A stretch of 62,530 bases of DNA, filler included, from Vannella sp. (lineage: Eukaryota): assembly GCA_023345925.1 (NCBI GenBank). It is 4 parts of 4 records of this genome, joined end to end, with 100 filler letters (N's around TTAATTAATTAA, not from the genome) between each part and the next. Parts side by side here need not be neighbours in the genome. Positions count along the whole stretch, not along the records: positions 23,883 to 49,353 come from JAJQQN010000127.1; positions 49,454 to 62,530 come from JAJQQN010000142.1; 2 more parts are not named here. One strand, written 5' to 3'. The notes under the pieces are model-generated. The model was not told the origin of the DNA and made no database searches. It saw nothing but the letters and a program-made list of their open reading frames with translations. Made by a program: the position numbers and the translations under genes. Each line of letters opens with the position of its first letter. The first letter of the stretch is position 1. Below are positions 47,801 to 58,631 of the stretch, piece by piece.

Positions 47801-47869
47801 GAATCTGAACAAGTTGTCAGCCCCCCTTCCACGACTCCCCTCTCGCCGTTCACTCACCGGCTGGGCCAT
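44863..47869 (-). CDS. mkkA: MAP3K of the MEKKalpha type: PB1 - STE11 kinase - F-box - WD40
   Basis: PB1 IRIK...FEDHEGDKITVENDGDL; kinase GCGGFG, AVK, HRDIKGANIL, DFG, WMAPE; F-box LPGKLTRHIFNYL...VCKAW; WD40 repeats. Micro-exon MAQP starts at 47869. Confidence 0.85.
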
Positions 47870-48595
47870 CACTCGACCCCCACTCAAGAACTCCAACCAA
47901 CACGAAATGCCTTCTTTTCATTCACTTTTGATTGTTTTCCTCCTTCAACTCTGGTGGTCGATCAACCATCTCTTGGCGGGAGAAAAGTTCTCCACTTTCC
48001 CGTCAGCGCCACGGCTTGCCCTTTGCATCATGCGATCCTCTGAAAGAACCTCTATTCCCGTTGCTGACGTGAGCTGACCCAGGGTGAACTCCCAACCTTG
48101 TTTCTCGTCATCGGATGTGGATCAGCATTTCGGCTTCATGTCGCTTGTGTGAGGGAGGGCCTCTGACAAAGGGAACTTGCTGGATACGGAACAGACGTAG
48201 TAGTTTGCTGTTATCTTTGAGAGCGAAAAAGATGCCAACGAGCTACAATGCCAAGTCTGAATGCTATTCTCGCAGTGAGAGTAAGCTGTTTCAGAGGGAA
48301 CTCCTCTCTCGAGCTCAAAGGGTACTAACTACCCTTGATCCAAGTGAAATGTTGTGCACTTCGTTCGTTCAGCGGTTGATCCCTGGAAAATTCCCTGGAA
48401 GTTTCCATTTCCCCTCCGGTTTGCTGCCTCCTGTGGTGGCTGTGAGTTACAAGCTGGGGACTCCATCATGGGTTGATTCAGCCAACTATTCAAAACCACC
48501 CAAAAAGTGACTCCCAAAATCATGGCTAATTATGGGACTCTCACCTGATTGGAGGAGGGCTGATGTGCACAATCACTTTCATTCTCAAGGCTGGG

Positions 48596-49353
48596 ATGAC
48601 TTGGCCCCTGATGGGACACTTGGTCTTGTTCGCTCTGCTTTGTGGTAAGGGGAGAAGGGAACCTTAGGCAGGAGTTCTCATGACCTTGGCAGGCGGGTTT
48701 GGCCAAAACACTTGTTCAACTCCCTACAACTTGCTCTCATCTTATCGAGGCTCCACCTCGTTCGCGAGTCCGACCATTCTACCTGCGTGTGAAGCAAGGG
48801 TGGAGAAGCTTCACTGGCTCAGGGTGGAGTCCCCTCCCAACACTCTGGTCACCCTCAGCACCTGCTCTTCTTGCTTCGACACGCAGCTTATCGTTGTTTC
48901 AGCCCCTTCTGGTGTCTGTTCTGACTACGTATGTGTTACTGCCAACGACGATGCTTCAGGAAAGAGCTGCAATGCCATCTCTTCTTGCGGGGCGGTGGAT
49001 GGCTGGTCTTCCGTGACCTTCTGCACTGAAGAGCTGAAGGACTACTATGCGCTCATCTATGGCTTTGAAGGGCAGTCAGGAGAATACGTGGTCACCCTCA
49101 CGGAAAGCTCTGAACCTTGCACTGTCCCATCCAACAACGAGAAAGCCTTTGCAGCGCTTCTCACGCTTCCTCAGTCCATCAGGTTTGACACTTCCTTTGC
49201 AACTGGAGGCTCTTCTGCTTGCAGTGGGGTTGGCGAGGGAGAGCACAGCCTCTGGTACCGAGTGACAGGAACTGGTCACGTTCTTGAGGCCAACACGTGC
49301 AATCCTTCCACTCTCATCGCCAATGGCATTGCTGTATTCTCTCAGTAAGGAAA
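48596..49353 (+). CDS. Secreted Cys-containing repeat protein (pre-peptidase/PPC-like beta repeats), 3'-truncated
   Basis: Spliced signal peptide MTWPLMGHLVLFALLCGGFG; repeat unit W..V.....TC....DTQL...CVTANDD...C...SSVTF...YY..IYGF...G.Y, with a second unit starting at PSNNE. Confidence 0.65.
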
Positions 49354-49453
49354 NNNNNNNNNNNNNNNNNNNNNNNNNNNNNNNNNNNNNNNNNNNNTTA
49401 ATTAATTAANNNNNNNNNNNNNNNNNNNNNNNNNNNNNNNNNNNNNNNNNNNN
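49354..49453. other. Artificial contig-joining linker
   Basis: 44 N + TTAATTAATTAA + 44 N. Confidence 0.98.
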
Positions 49454-50749
49454 CGGTCTGGTGACCACGAGAGACGGATAAAAGAAACCTTTTTATTCAA
49501 CAGTAGCAGTTGGTCCACTCTTGTGAGCTAAGGAAGACCATAGATCTCATGGGATGGAGAAGAGTGCGCTAAACCTTAATTCAAATGTTCTGATTATAGA
49601 GACACTGGTGACAGTGAGGTATTCGAACCTGCATGTAAAATATCATTCGTATTGGATGAGTATTTCAATTACAAAGGGCCGTTCAATTCGTTTGGTTCAT
49701 TTCGACACATCATGGACGTCCTGGCGCGGCTGGAGGATGAGAAAGCCGAACTAAAGAGAGCCAGGGCCGCTTTGCTTCAAGATTGCGAAGAAGAAGAAGC
49801 ACGCCAGAAGGCTCTGAAGGAGGAGCAGCGAGAGATGAGGGATAAGTACGAGGAGGTCTTCTGGCAGAGGATTGAGACACAACAAGAGATCAAACGCGTC
49901 GCTATGAACATGACGATGAATGAGAAGAAGATGCAAGAAGCCCGGGAAGCGAAAGGTGTCACAGAACGCCTCACTGCTCTCCTCACCAAGACAGAAGGTC
50001 TCATCGTCGTAGCTGTTCAAGAGCGCGAGGCATTGCAGCGCCAACGCTTTTATCTCCGAGATATGGTCACGCAAGCTCATTCGGCGTTACAAAAGTTCTC
50101 AGAAGAGGCTCTCGCAACTTCTGAGAGACATAGAACCGAGTTTGACGCTCTCCATCGCAAGATCCAGTCCCGAGTGGACATCAAGTCACTTCTATTCTCC
50201 CTACGTGAAGACTTGGGGAAGCTTAAGCAAGACCTCTCATTAGAGACCAAGCATAGAGAGAATCTGGAGAGTCTACTGAACTACCAAGTGCTCCAGTTCC
50301 GTTATGGACTAGAAGTTGCCGCAGACGACCGTGTTGCTCTCGTGGATGACTTGATGAGTGGCTTAAACCAACGTACAATGACTTCAAATGCAATCAAACT
50401 ACTTGCCACTAAGATGCAAGTCGCCCTTCAGGAGGACACACAAGAACCAGCAACTGCGACTTCCAGCCCACTTCCTTCTCGAACTGAGTCCCTCCTTCTT
50501 CAAGAGCTAGTGACAGGACTCAATAGCCAGCTTCGTTTAATCAACCACTACGACGAAGACGACACTATCATCGAGAGTATGGAAGATCTCCGCGTCATCG
50601 AGGACGACATCAACTCTCTTCACGATGACATGTCCCTGGCCGAGTCTGACTCCAACCTCATAGAGAGTAACATCATCGTGAAGGCTCAAGAGATCATTGC
50701 CGACCGATTCTGGGCCAGACGTTGGGAAAGATCACAACAACTCACATAA
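49454..50749 (+). CDS. Coiled-coil protein, probably 5'-truncated
   Basis: 365-aa Glu/Gln/Arg/Leu heptad-rich ORF; short upstream exons can be spliced to it. Confidence 0.65.
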
Positions 50750-51017
50750 ACGCCAACTCCTGAACATCCTCCACCCTCACTATGAGTCTCTCTCCATCAG
50801 AATTTCCCCATCCATCCTCCAACCCACCCCAAACCGCGGACTCTCTCAACAATCCATTAATTAGGAAGGCGGGCGCCTAAAGTAGAATTGATCTATTATC
50901 TCAATGAGATAAGTGAGGTTGATAAAGCCCGATGACGTATGTGAGAAAGAGGCTGAACCTGAAATCTCTCATTCCCTGGCAAGCTTGGAGCTTCTGCTGA
51001 CTTTCGTTGAGAGGGTA

Positions 51018-52104
51018 ATGGCCATGTTGAGGGATTGGGTTGATTGGTATGGAGAGAGTGTGTTGTATCCTTTAGCAGGTAGTATACGCGAGTACTTTGA
51101 AGGGGCTAATCCTCCGGTCTTGCTGGATAACCATCGAAGATTGTGGGCTCCGAGGGGGATGACGATAAGCATCGAGGACGCGCTCATCATCTTCGCGTGT
51201 TCTGTCGCCTTCTGTGTGCTTTCCCCCTTAGCTACGAAGTTCTTTTATTTGGTAGGTCTTCTTGTGTGGAATGTGGCCCTCTTTAACCCCCAACAGCCGC
51301 TGGCGTCTCTTCTCAAACTGAGAGAAGGTGATCGCCTCCGTTTCCGAGAGGCTTTCTGGCAGCTTTGCTTCTATGCTCCTGCGTGGCTTTGGAGTTGGAC
51401 CATTCTCTCATCGTCTCCGTGGTTCAGCCAGCCCAGCCTCCTCTTCGAAACACCGTTTCCACATCAGGAGATGAGGTTTGTAGCCTTCTCTCGTCCCGAC
51501 GCATCTCGTCCTTCTCACTGAAGTGATCACTAGTCCTATGATCTATTGGCTGTATGTCCTGCAGATGGCTTGGTACATCCACTGCACATTCTTCCACGTT
51601 TTCGTCGACATCCGAAAATATGACTTTTGGCCAATGGTCGTCCATCACTTGGCCACTATTGGTCTTCTGTATGCTTCCTTCTCGGTTGGCCATTTCCGCA
51701 TTGGCTTGCTCACTCTGTATTGCATGGATGTGTGCGACGTCTTCTTGCATTTCGGGAAGCTGATCCGTTTTGTGGACAATGTCTATCACAACCGATTGTG
51801 TGACTTGTGTATCACACTGTGTTTCTTTGGGCTGGTGACTACATGGGTCTACTACCGCTTGATTCTGTTCCCGGTGAAAGTGCTTTATGTGTCTTCGGTG
51901 GTCTTGGTGCATTACTTGGGTTATGCCAATGCAGATGACGCAGCCTTCTTCAATGTGCTACTCTTTGTGGTTTACATCCTCCAGATCTATTGGTTCTATC
52001 TCATCGCAGCCTACGCCATCAAAGTCGTGTGTCACGGAAAGCAATTGGACGACGAGAGAGATCCTTCCATTCCTGAGCCCGAAGCTGTTGACAAGAATGA
52101 TTGA
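51018..52104 (+). CDS. LAG1: Ceramide synthase (LAG1/LAC1/CERS, TLC domain)
   Basis: RFREAFWQLCFY; Lag1p motif RKYDFWPMVVHHLATIGL...IGLLTLYCMDVCDVFL; LQIYWFYLI. Confidence 0.9.
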
Positions 52105-52237
52105 AGAGAGAGCCAATGGAGCTCTTGCTTAACGTTAAAATCGTTTATTCCCAAAAATGGCCTCGCGGCACCCGAAGGTGGAGGCATTGATTGGTCTATT
52201 CATTTGGTGCATCAGAGAGATGGAACCTGTTAGTGAG

Positions 52238-53110
52238 TTATTGCTTCTGAAGCAGCTGGGGTTGCTCAGAGCCAAAGATGGTTTCGAACTGTTCGTCTAA
52301 GAAGCTTTCCAGCTCCTCCACACGCTCTGACGTCCACTGTTCTCCAGCACGCTTACACATGGTGTAGAAATGTGACAAATCAACTTCTGCCTCCTTGACT
52401 TTGGCATTCAGGTCCTCTCGGAAGGTGTCAAAGCGGTCCTCGAAGGACTGGTGAGGGGAGTAGGGCTCCGGTCTGTAACGCGAGAAGATGCTATTCATAT
52501 GCGTTTCGTACTCCACACGTTTTACTGTGTTTTCCATGATGGTCCTCCCCAGTGGAGCGTTTGCCACGAACTTTCCCGTGAGGAACTTCTCGATCCTCCC
52601 AGCTACTCCATACGGATACGCATGGACCAGGGCGGTTTGTGTTAAGTCTGTGAACGCTGGGTTCTCCTCATTGACTGTATAGACGCACTGCTCTTCGATG
52701 GTGACGACGTTGTCGTAGGAGATGTTGCGGGAGGAGAGGATCATCCTTTTGTTCTTGGGGTCCACTACGGATCTTTCGACGCATATGCACTTGTTGCTAC
52801 CGAAAACCTGTCACAACGTTAGAAAAGGCACCTTAAGAGCACAGAAGGAGCCCACTTTAGCGATCAGAGTGGGGAGCTTGTCTTGTACGATCACCAGACG
52901 AGTTGAGGTTAGTATGCCAGTCTCTGGATCGAATTCTCGATCCAGCAGATCAACACTCAACACGTCAGGTCTGTGCTCTGAAGGATACTTCCTCCAGCTG
53001 GCCAGCGATATGTCCTCCCAAGAGTGCCTGACGCAACGTCAGAGGGTGCCTTATCATATCAACCCAACCACTCACTCGAATGTGTGTCTGATCTCCTCAG
53101 TGATGGGCAT
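52238..53110 (-). CDS. PRELI/MSF1 (Ups) mitochondrial lipid-transfer protein; 3 exons
   Basis: Spliced HTFEHSWEDISLASWRKYP...VLSVDLLDR...ERSVVDPKNKRMILSSRNIS. Confidence 0.88.
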
Positions 53111-53148
53111 CCAAGCTGGGTACTTGCGGAATGACCCACCGCAAGCAG

Positions 53149-54043
53149 CCAATGGGAAAGAGCCACTTCGAGGAAAAGTGAAATGTTCCGAAGACCAACA
53201 AAGACCTCTTTCTCCCTGAGCAATTGAAGATTCGTGCTTTTTATATGATATGTTACACTGCCAATGAGGAATGAACTCAAACAGAACATTTTCTCCTTCC
53301 ATCGCAATGATCGCATGCGCGCTTGGGTTCCTCTCCGTTGAGTGCGCACTCAGTCGCCTTTCTGAGGAAGGTGGAGCGTTTCAGGTGCTTTAACTCAAGG
53401 CTGGATGCTGTTCTGTGGTTCAACCAGCATGTCTTGTCAAGTTTCCTAGAGGGTTTGATATCCCGTGCACGCAACGTTAACCACATGGATCCACGGCCTC
53501 AAAGTGCTTGACGGTAACTCCAATTGAAGTTAAACAAATCAAGTGAAAGAGAGTGGGTGAAATACACGGTCACGCACCAATGCGGAAGCCCAGAAGCAGA
53601 TGTTCTGTCAGGATGCCATCACGTTTAAGTTATCATGGCAACCAAGAGGAGACCCGTCATCCCTCCACTCTCCTGAACAAGAAAGTAGCTTTTGGGTGAT
53701 CTTCCCTCACAGCCGAATCTCTCGTGACCAAGAGTTGAGGATTCTCGCGTCTGATTTTGCACATGCAGCTGATGATCCACCCTTCTGGGAGATTCCTCAA
53801 GAGTTCTGTGTTCAACCCCAAGCTTGGAGTTCAGCACCGGTCAGTGCTCAACTGCAACCAGCCAATGGGAAAGCGCTCCACAGACCAGAGTTGGATTCCC
53901 AGATTGGCCCTTCCTTAACCTAGAATTTTAGGAAAATAAAGCTGTCTCACACAGAGAATTCCAAAGAGAATTGGCAACAGTTTGTTTACGTGTCACCCGC
54001 AAATTGATTGGTGAAATGAGAATGGACCAATCGGAGCGCCAAT
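53149..54043. promoter_or_regulatory. Divergent PRELI/SRF promoter with clustered CCAAT boxes
   Basis: CCAAT/ATTGG at about 53149, 53261, 53520, 53577, 53862, 53903, 53970, 54007, 54027 and 54039. Confidence 0.5.
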
Positions 54044-54152
54044 AGAAAAGTCAGTTGTGGGGTTCAGTTCTTTCCTAGTTGAGCGCCCTCGGACATATTT
54101 GTCCTTCCTTCCTACCCGGCCTTCCTATTCCGCTCTACCCTTCCATTCTAAG

Positions 54153-55124
54153 ATGGCAAACGATGAAGCTACACATGCAGAGTTTTCTCCCTCTTCTCCT
54201 GGTGGAGGAAGTGCTTACAACTCTCCTGAAGGCCCCGATGACGAGGGACCCACTCCCAAGAGAGCTGGTCGACGGAAGATCAACATAGAGTTTATCGACG
54301 ACAAGTCTCGACGTCACATCACGTTTAGCAAACGCAAGGCTGGTATCATGAAGAAAGCCTACGAGCTGAGTACTCTCACCGGCACCCAGGTCCTCTTGTT
54401 GGTTGCTTCTGAGACCGGCCATGTTTACACCTTTGCAACAACCAAGCTACAACCTCTCATCACCAAGCCTGAGGGCAAGAACCTCATCCAAGCTTGTTTG
54501 AACGCCACAGACACCCTTCAAGCCGTTCAACCGCCGACTTCGCACTCAGGGCAAATGCAAATGTCACCTCAGATGTATGATAACTCTCAAGTGAACCTTC
54601 TAATGCCTCAGAGCGGATACGGACACAACTCCGGCCCCATTGGTGGGCACATGTACGCCCAAGCTCAAGAGGACGAGAAGTTGCTTCCCTATGCTTCCCC
54701 TGGACACTCCATTCAGCGACCTGAATACCAAGATAATAAGCCCTTTGCCAGTGGTAACTCTCACCAGGACATGGCTCCATCCTACAACGAGGTGCCCAAG
54801 TTCGGAGCTTCGTATCCCCACCAAGGCGGATCAATGCCTTTGCCTGTGGGTATGACAATGGGAGGCCTTCGTGGTCCTTATCCTGGAGGTCCTGTCCTAC
54901 CAACCCTCTCTGAGAGAGGTAACTTTGGAGGTTTGCCATTGAATGGACCGAGCAGTATGGGGGGTTACAACCAGTTCCACCCATCTATGCCTTCTTTCAG
55001 TCCCATGAGTGGTGGTGGAGGCCCTTCTCCGTTCGCCAATCATTCATTCCCACCCGCTAACAACCAAATGTTCTCCAATGGCCCCAGCCTTCCCTCTCTC
55101 CCTCGACACGATGGAAGCCAATAA
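54153..55124 (+). CDS. SRF: SRF/MCM1-type (type I) MADS-box transcription factor
   Basis: GRRKINIEFIDDKSRRHITFSKRKAGIMKKAYELSTLTGTQVLLLVASETGHVYTFAT, plus SAM region EGKNLIQACLN. Confidence 0.95.
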   Translation: MANDEATHAEFSPSSPGGGSAYNSPEGPDDEGPTPKRAGRRKINIEFIDDKSRRHITFSKRKAGIMKKAYELSTLTGTQVLLLVASETGHVYTFATTKLQPLITKPEGKNLIQACLNATDTLQAVQPPTSHSGQMQMSPQMYDNSQVNLLMPQSGYGHNSGPIGGHMYAQAQEDEKLLPYASPGHSIQRPEYQDNKPFASGNSHQDMAPSYNEVPKFGASYPHQGGSMPLPVGMTMGGLRGPYPGGPVLPTLSERGNFGGLPLNGPSSMGGYNQFHPSMPSFSPMSGGGGPSPFANHSFPPANNQMFSNGPSLPSLPRHDGSQ

Positions 55125-55415
55125 CCTTCCCGTCCTGGCGAACATCCAAAAAAATTTATTCAACTTCTTCTCTTCATTTTATGGGCTTCAGGGCAATGGG
55201 ACAGGGCACTGTGTTGCTGAGAAAAGTCACGTGACGGGGCATTCCCCTCATGCGGCTTTGAGGCTCAACAAGTGAAAAAATGAAATCTGCTTAAATGCTG
55301 ATCCTGAGGAGTTGGAGGTCGCCAGGACGCAAACAAGAGTTTTGGAACCCTCTTCCCCTTCACTCCCGAACTTCCAAAGCAGTAGCAAGAAGAGAAACGG
55401 TTATTGACTCATTTT

Positions 55416-57599
55416 ATGTGGTGCCGCACCACCAGGACACGGTTGCCTCTTCTTTGGGGACTTCAAAGGGCCATGGAAACGGAGGTTGTGGTGGTTGGTG
55501 GGGGTCCTGTTGGGTTGACAGCTGCACTGCTTCTGGAGAGAAGTGGGATTCGGTGTGTGGTGGTGGATGCGCAAGGGATGGAGGAGAAACAACGCCATCC
55601 TCGTGCTCATTTCATCAACTGTCGCTCGATGGAGATCTTCAGGCAGCTGCCACTACTCTCAGAAGTGCATCAAGACAACAAAAGAACTATTGGGGATGCA
55701 ATCAGGGACAACAGTCCCCCACCAGATCAATGGAGAAGGTTCTTGTACTCGTCCTCGTTGCTTCTTCCTTCTTCACAAGAGACATCGGAGTTCTGCTTCT
55801 CTAGATCAGTTCTTCATGATAAGGAAAATGGATACGACCCATTAGCAAGCTCATCTCCCATCTCACCATGCTCTCCCTCGCATTTCTCTCAGAATCGATT
55901 GGTTCCTCTACTTCTACGAGAAGTCCAGGCGCGCTCTCCAACGATACAGTACTTGGAAAGAACCCAGTTTGTGAGTATCCAAACGAACGAGTCAGACCGT
56001 CTCCAAGTCCGCGTTAACTCCTCTGCCGGAGCATCCGAGATCTCGACCCGCTTCGTTATTGGCGCTGACGGGGCCCATAGTGCCACGAGAGAAGCTCTCG
56101 ACATACCTATGGAGGGCCAAAAGAATAGCATTCAGTATTTGATGAACATTCACTTCTCTTCGACCCGCTTAGCTGACCTTTTGAGGGAAAATGACCGCCT
56201 GGCAATGTTGTACTTTATCTTCAACTCAAGTACCGTCGGCGCAGTGATTTCTCACGATCTTACGAAAGGCGAGTTCGTTGCTCAGATTCCCTACTTTCCC
56301 CCTCAGCAATCTTCATCAGACTACACTCCAGAAGTGTGTACTGCATTACTCCACCAACTCATCTGCAATCAACTGCCCAGCTTGCATAGCATCGTAGACC
56401 TGCGCATTCTTTCTATCGCGTCGTGGTATATGAATGTCCAAGTGGCGGAGAGATTTGCAGGTGCAGACAGAAGAGTGTTTCTGGCGGGAGATTCTTGCCA
56501 TCAATTCCCGCCTGCAGGTGGATTTGGAATGAACACGGGAATCCAGGATGTTCATAACCTTTGTTGGAAGCTGCATATGGTCCTCAGGAATGGATTCCCG
56601 TCCAAGTTCCTCAAGTCATATCAGAGAGAAAGGAAAGAAGTGGCCATCTCCAACAGCGCCCTCAGCGTCCTGAACTATCAAAAGAGCCTCCAGGTTCCTT
56701 CAGCACTAGGTCTTGATCCAAGTATCGCGCATTTCATCTCCAAGTGCGTTAACAGCTTCCCACTGAATCTCATGCCAGCTGAAGCGCAACGTACACTCCT
56801 CCAGCAGACCTTCCGCCTTGGCCTTTCCAAGTTTAAGGTTGTCTATCAAGTTCCAGCACTACAGAGATCCTACGAGCGATACATCGACCAGGCCTTGGCA
56901 GATCCAAGCTCCCATCTCCAATTGATCTTCCCAAAGGAGGACCTTGGCTTCATCTACACCAACCTTTACTATCAATTCCGAAAGCATGAGGGATATGACA
57001 GTGCTGAATACGACCTCATCAAGAGTGGCGCCTTTGTGGACCTGGAGGAATCGATATTCCGGCAAAAAGGATGTTTCTACAATGGTGAATCGAGCAGCTA
57101 TCTTCCTTCCTCCATTCCAGGGGGCCGTTTACCTCACATTCCCTTCCTTTTGAAGAGGAGTTGTGGGAACTGGTGTCTCGCATCTTCTGTTGATGTGGAT
57201 GACTCTTTGCCCACCTTTGTTCTGTTCTACCAGTCCGAATGGTGGAAGATTTTCTGGGAGCAAGTCACCCAACAGGTGGAGCAAGCACGGGGTATTACGT
57301 GGCCTGTTAAGTACACCAGAATCATGGCAGTACCTCGGACATCCTTAAACGTGGAAGCAATCACACAAATTCCCTCAGACCAACCCGAATGTCCCTTCGT
57401 CTATTGCGCCTCCGAGGATCTGGCAGAGGCCTGGCAGTTCCCTGAGTCATCTGACTCTGCCATTTTAGTCCGCCCTGATGGTCACATCATGTGGCGTTCA
57501 CTAGGAACTCCCCCATTGGAAGATATGTCCGGTGTAGTGACCGAGTTGGTCACCTTCATGACTGAGAGCTTCTACTTCAGAAGCCAACAAGAACAATAA
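55416..57599 (+). CDS. FAD-dependent aromatic monooxygenase (FAD_binding_3; phenol hydroxylase-like)
   Basis: GGGPVG, IGADGAHS, FLAGDSCHQFPPAGGFGMNTGIQDVHNLCWKL, PGGRLPH, LVRPDGHI. Confidence 0.9.
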   Translation: MWCRTTRTRLPLLWGLQRAMETEVVVVGGGPVGLTAALLLERSGIRCVVVDAQGMEEKQRHPRAHFINCRSMEIFRQLPLLSEVHQDNKRTIGDAIRDNSPPPDQWRRFLYSSSLLLPSSQETSEFCFSRSVLHDKENGYDPLASSSPISPCSPSHFSQNRLVPLLLREVQARSPTIQYLERTQFVSIQTNESDRLQVRVNSSAGASEISTRFVIGADGAHSATREALDIPMEGQKNSIQYLMNIHFSSTRLADLLRENDRLAMLYFIFNSSTVGAVISHDLTKGEFVAQIPYFPPQQSSSDYTPEVCTALLHQLICNQLPSLHSIVDLRILSIASWYMNVQVAERFAGADRRVFLAGDSCHQFPPAGGFGMNTGIQDVHNLCWKLHMVLRNGFPSKFLKSYQRERKEVAISNSALSVLNYQKSLQVPSALGLDPSIAHFISKCVNSFPLNLMPAEAQRTLLQQTFRLGLSKFKVVYQVPALQRSYERYIDQALADPSSHLQLIFPKEDLGFIYTNLYYQFRKHEGYDSAEYDLIKSGAFVDLEESIFRQKGCFYNGESSSYLPSSIPGGRLPHIPFLLKRSCGNWCLASSVDVDDSLPTFVLFYQSEWWKIFWEQVTQQVEQARGITWPVKYTRIMAVPRTSLNVEAITQIPSDQPECPFVYCASEDLAEAWQFPESSDSAILVRPDGHIMWRSLGTPPLEDMSGVVTELVTFMTESFYFRSQQEQ

Positions 57600-57633
57600 A
57601 CTTACAATAACCAAGAACGCTCTTTGATGTGAG

Positions 57634-58559
57634 TTACATGACTTGACAGGCACTCTCAGTGTTGGGAGCGGCAAGAGAGTTGTAAGGTGAATTGGGTCCT
57701 TCCTGAGCGACATTCTCTGGCGACACATCCGCAAAGTCGGATGGCTTCCAACCATTCATATTCTCCCCGGCAGATCCTTGAAGAGATCAGCAACAGAAAG
57801 TCAGAGGAGGAACAAGGAACTTACCAACTGCCCCTCCATCCTTTGCGTGCTCCACCAAACCCACTCCGACTGTGCCCAGACCGAGCATACGCGATGTACC
57901 TCCTATCATTTGGATGTCTCGGACGTAATCGTCGTATTTGGGGAGCTGGGGCTTCGCCTGAACGTGCCTAGCGACAGTGGTTCGCTTGTAACTCCCTTCC
58001 TGTTGGCTGAATCCTTGGTCTACGAAGTTACACGATGTTCGGTTGTTGTACTGGACAAAGAATAGCTTCTGACACTTGCTACACTTGCGGTAACCCTCTG
58101 CCCATCGCTCTCGAAGGATCTAAAACGAGTCATTAAGCTCCAGCGACCTCAGCATGAGCTCCACTCCTACTCGGATAGCATTATCTTCCTCCTCTTTCTT
58201 CTTGGCATCCCGTTCTGCCTTCTCCTTCAGGAAAGTGCGAGCTTCGTCCCCTAGGACGTGTTAGGGCACTTCGTCAAAGTGCTGGAGGACCCACCAGTGG
58301 CGACATCCAGCCAGAAGTGGGTCTTAGCAGGTGTCTTCATCCAGTTTACACGGTGAACTGGCTTATAAACGCCTGTGGGGGATGACTCATAGAAGCCTTT
58401 GAGATAGAATGGTCCCGTCGTCTTCAGGAAGGGGTAGACGGCTTGCAGCTTCCCCCATACATCCGCCTCCTCATCAGTTGCTACTATGTCCACCTCTGAG
58501 ACCTGCTCCTCTGGAGAACCAAAGGAAAACACGAAAGTACGCTTCTCGACAACCGCCAT
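57634..58559 (-). CDS. Hypothetical 5-exon protein with CxxC motif and C-terminal CaaX box (CQVM)
   Basis: Four GT-AG introns join ORF 58251..58586 to downstream exons encoding RKCSKCQKLFFVQYNNRTSCNF and ending ...TESACQVM*. Confidence 0.65.
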
Positions 58560-58631
58560 GGCCCGCCACCTGGTGAAATGCTTCACCTGGCCTCAGTAAG
58601 CTTCTCCCTTGTCGTTTTGAACGTCATTTTC

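Noticed and set aside
47900..48560. ORF 48115..48510 as a gene
   Set aside because: No motif or convincing composition; more likely promoter/UTR between the divergent kinase and secreted-protein genes.
4716..49453. Three identical TTAATTAATTAA palindromes flanked by N runs as a biological repeat or regulatory site
   Set aside because: Exact 44N-12-44N structure with stops in six frames is a concatenation linker; gene adjacency across these points is meaningless.
53915..53935. CArG box for SRF autoregulation (cctagaattttagg)
   Set aside because: Spacing matches neither CC(A/T)6GG nor CTA(A/T)4TAG.
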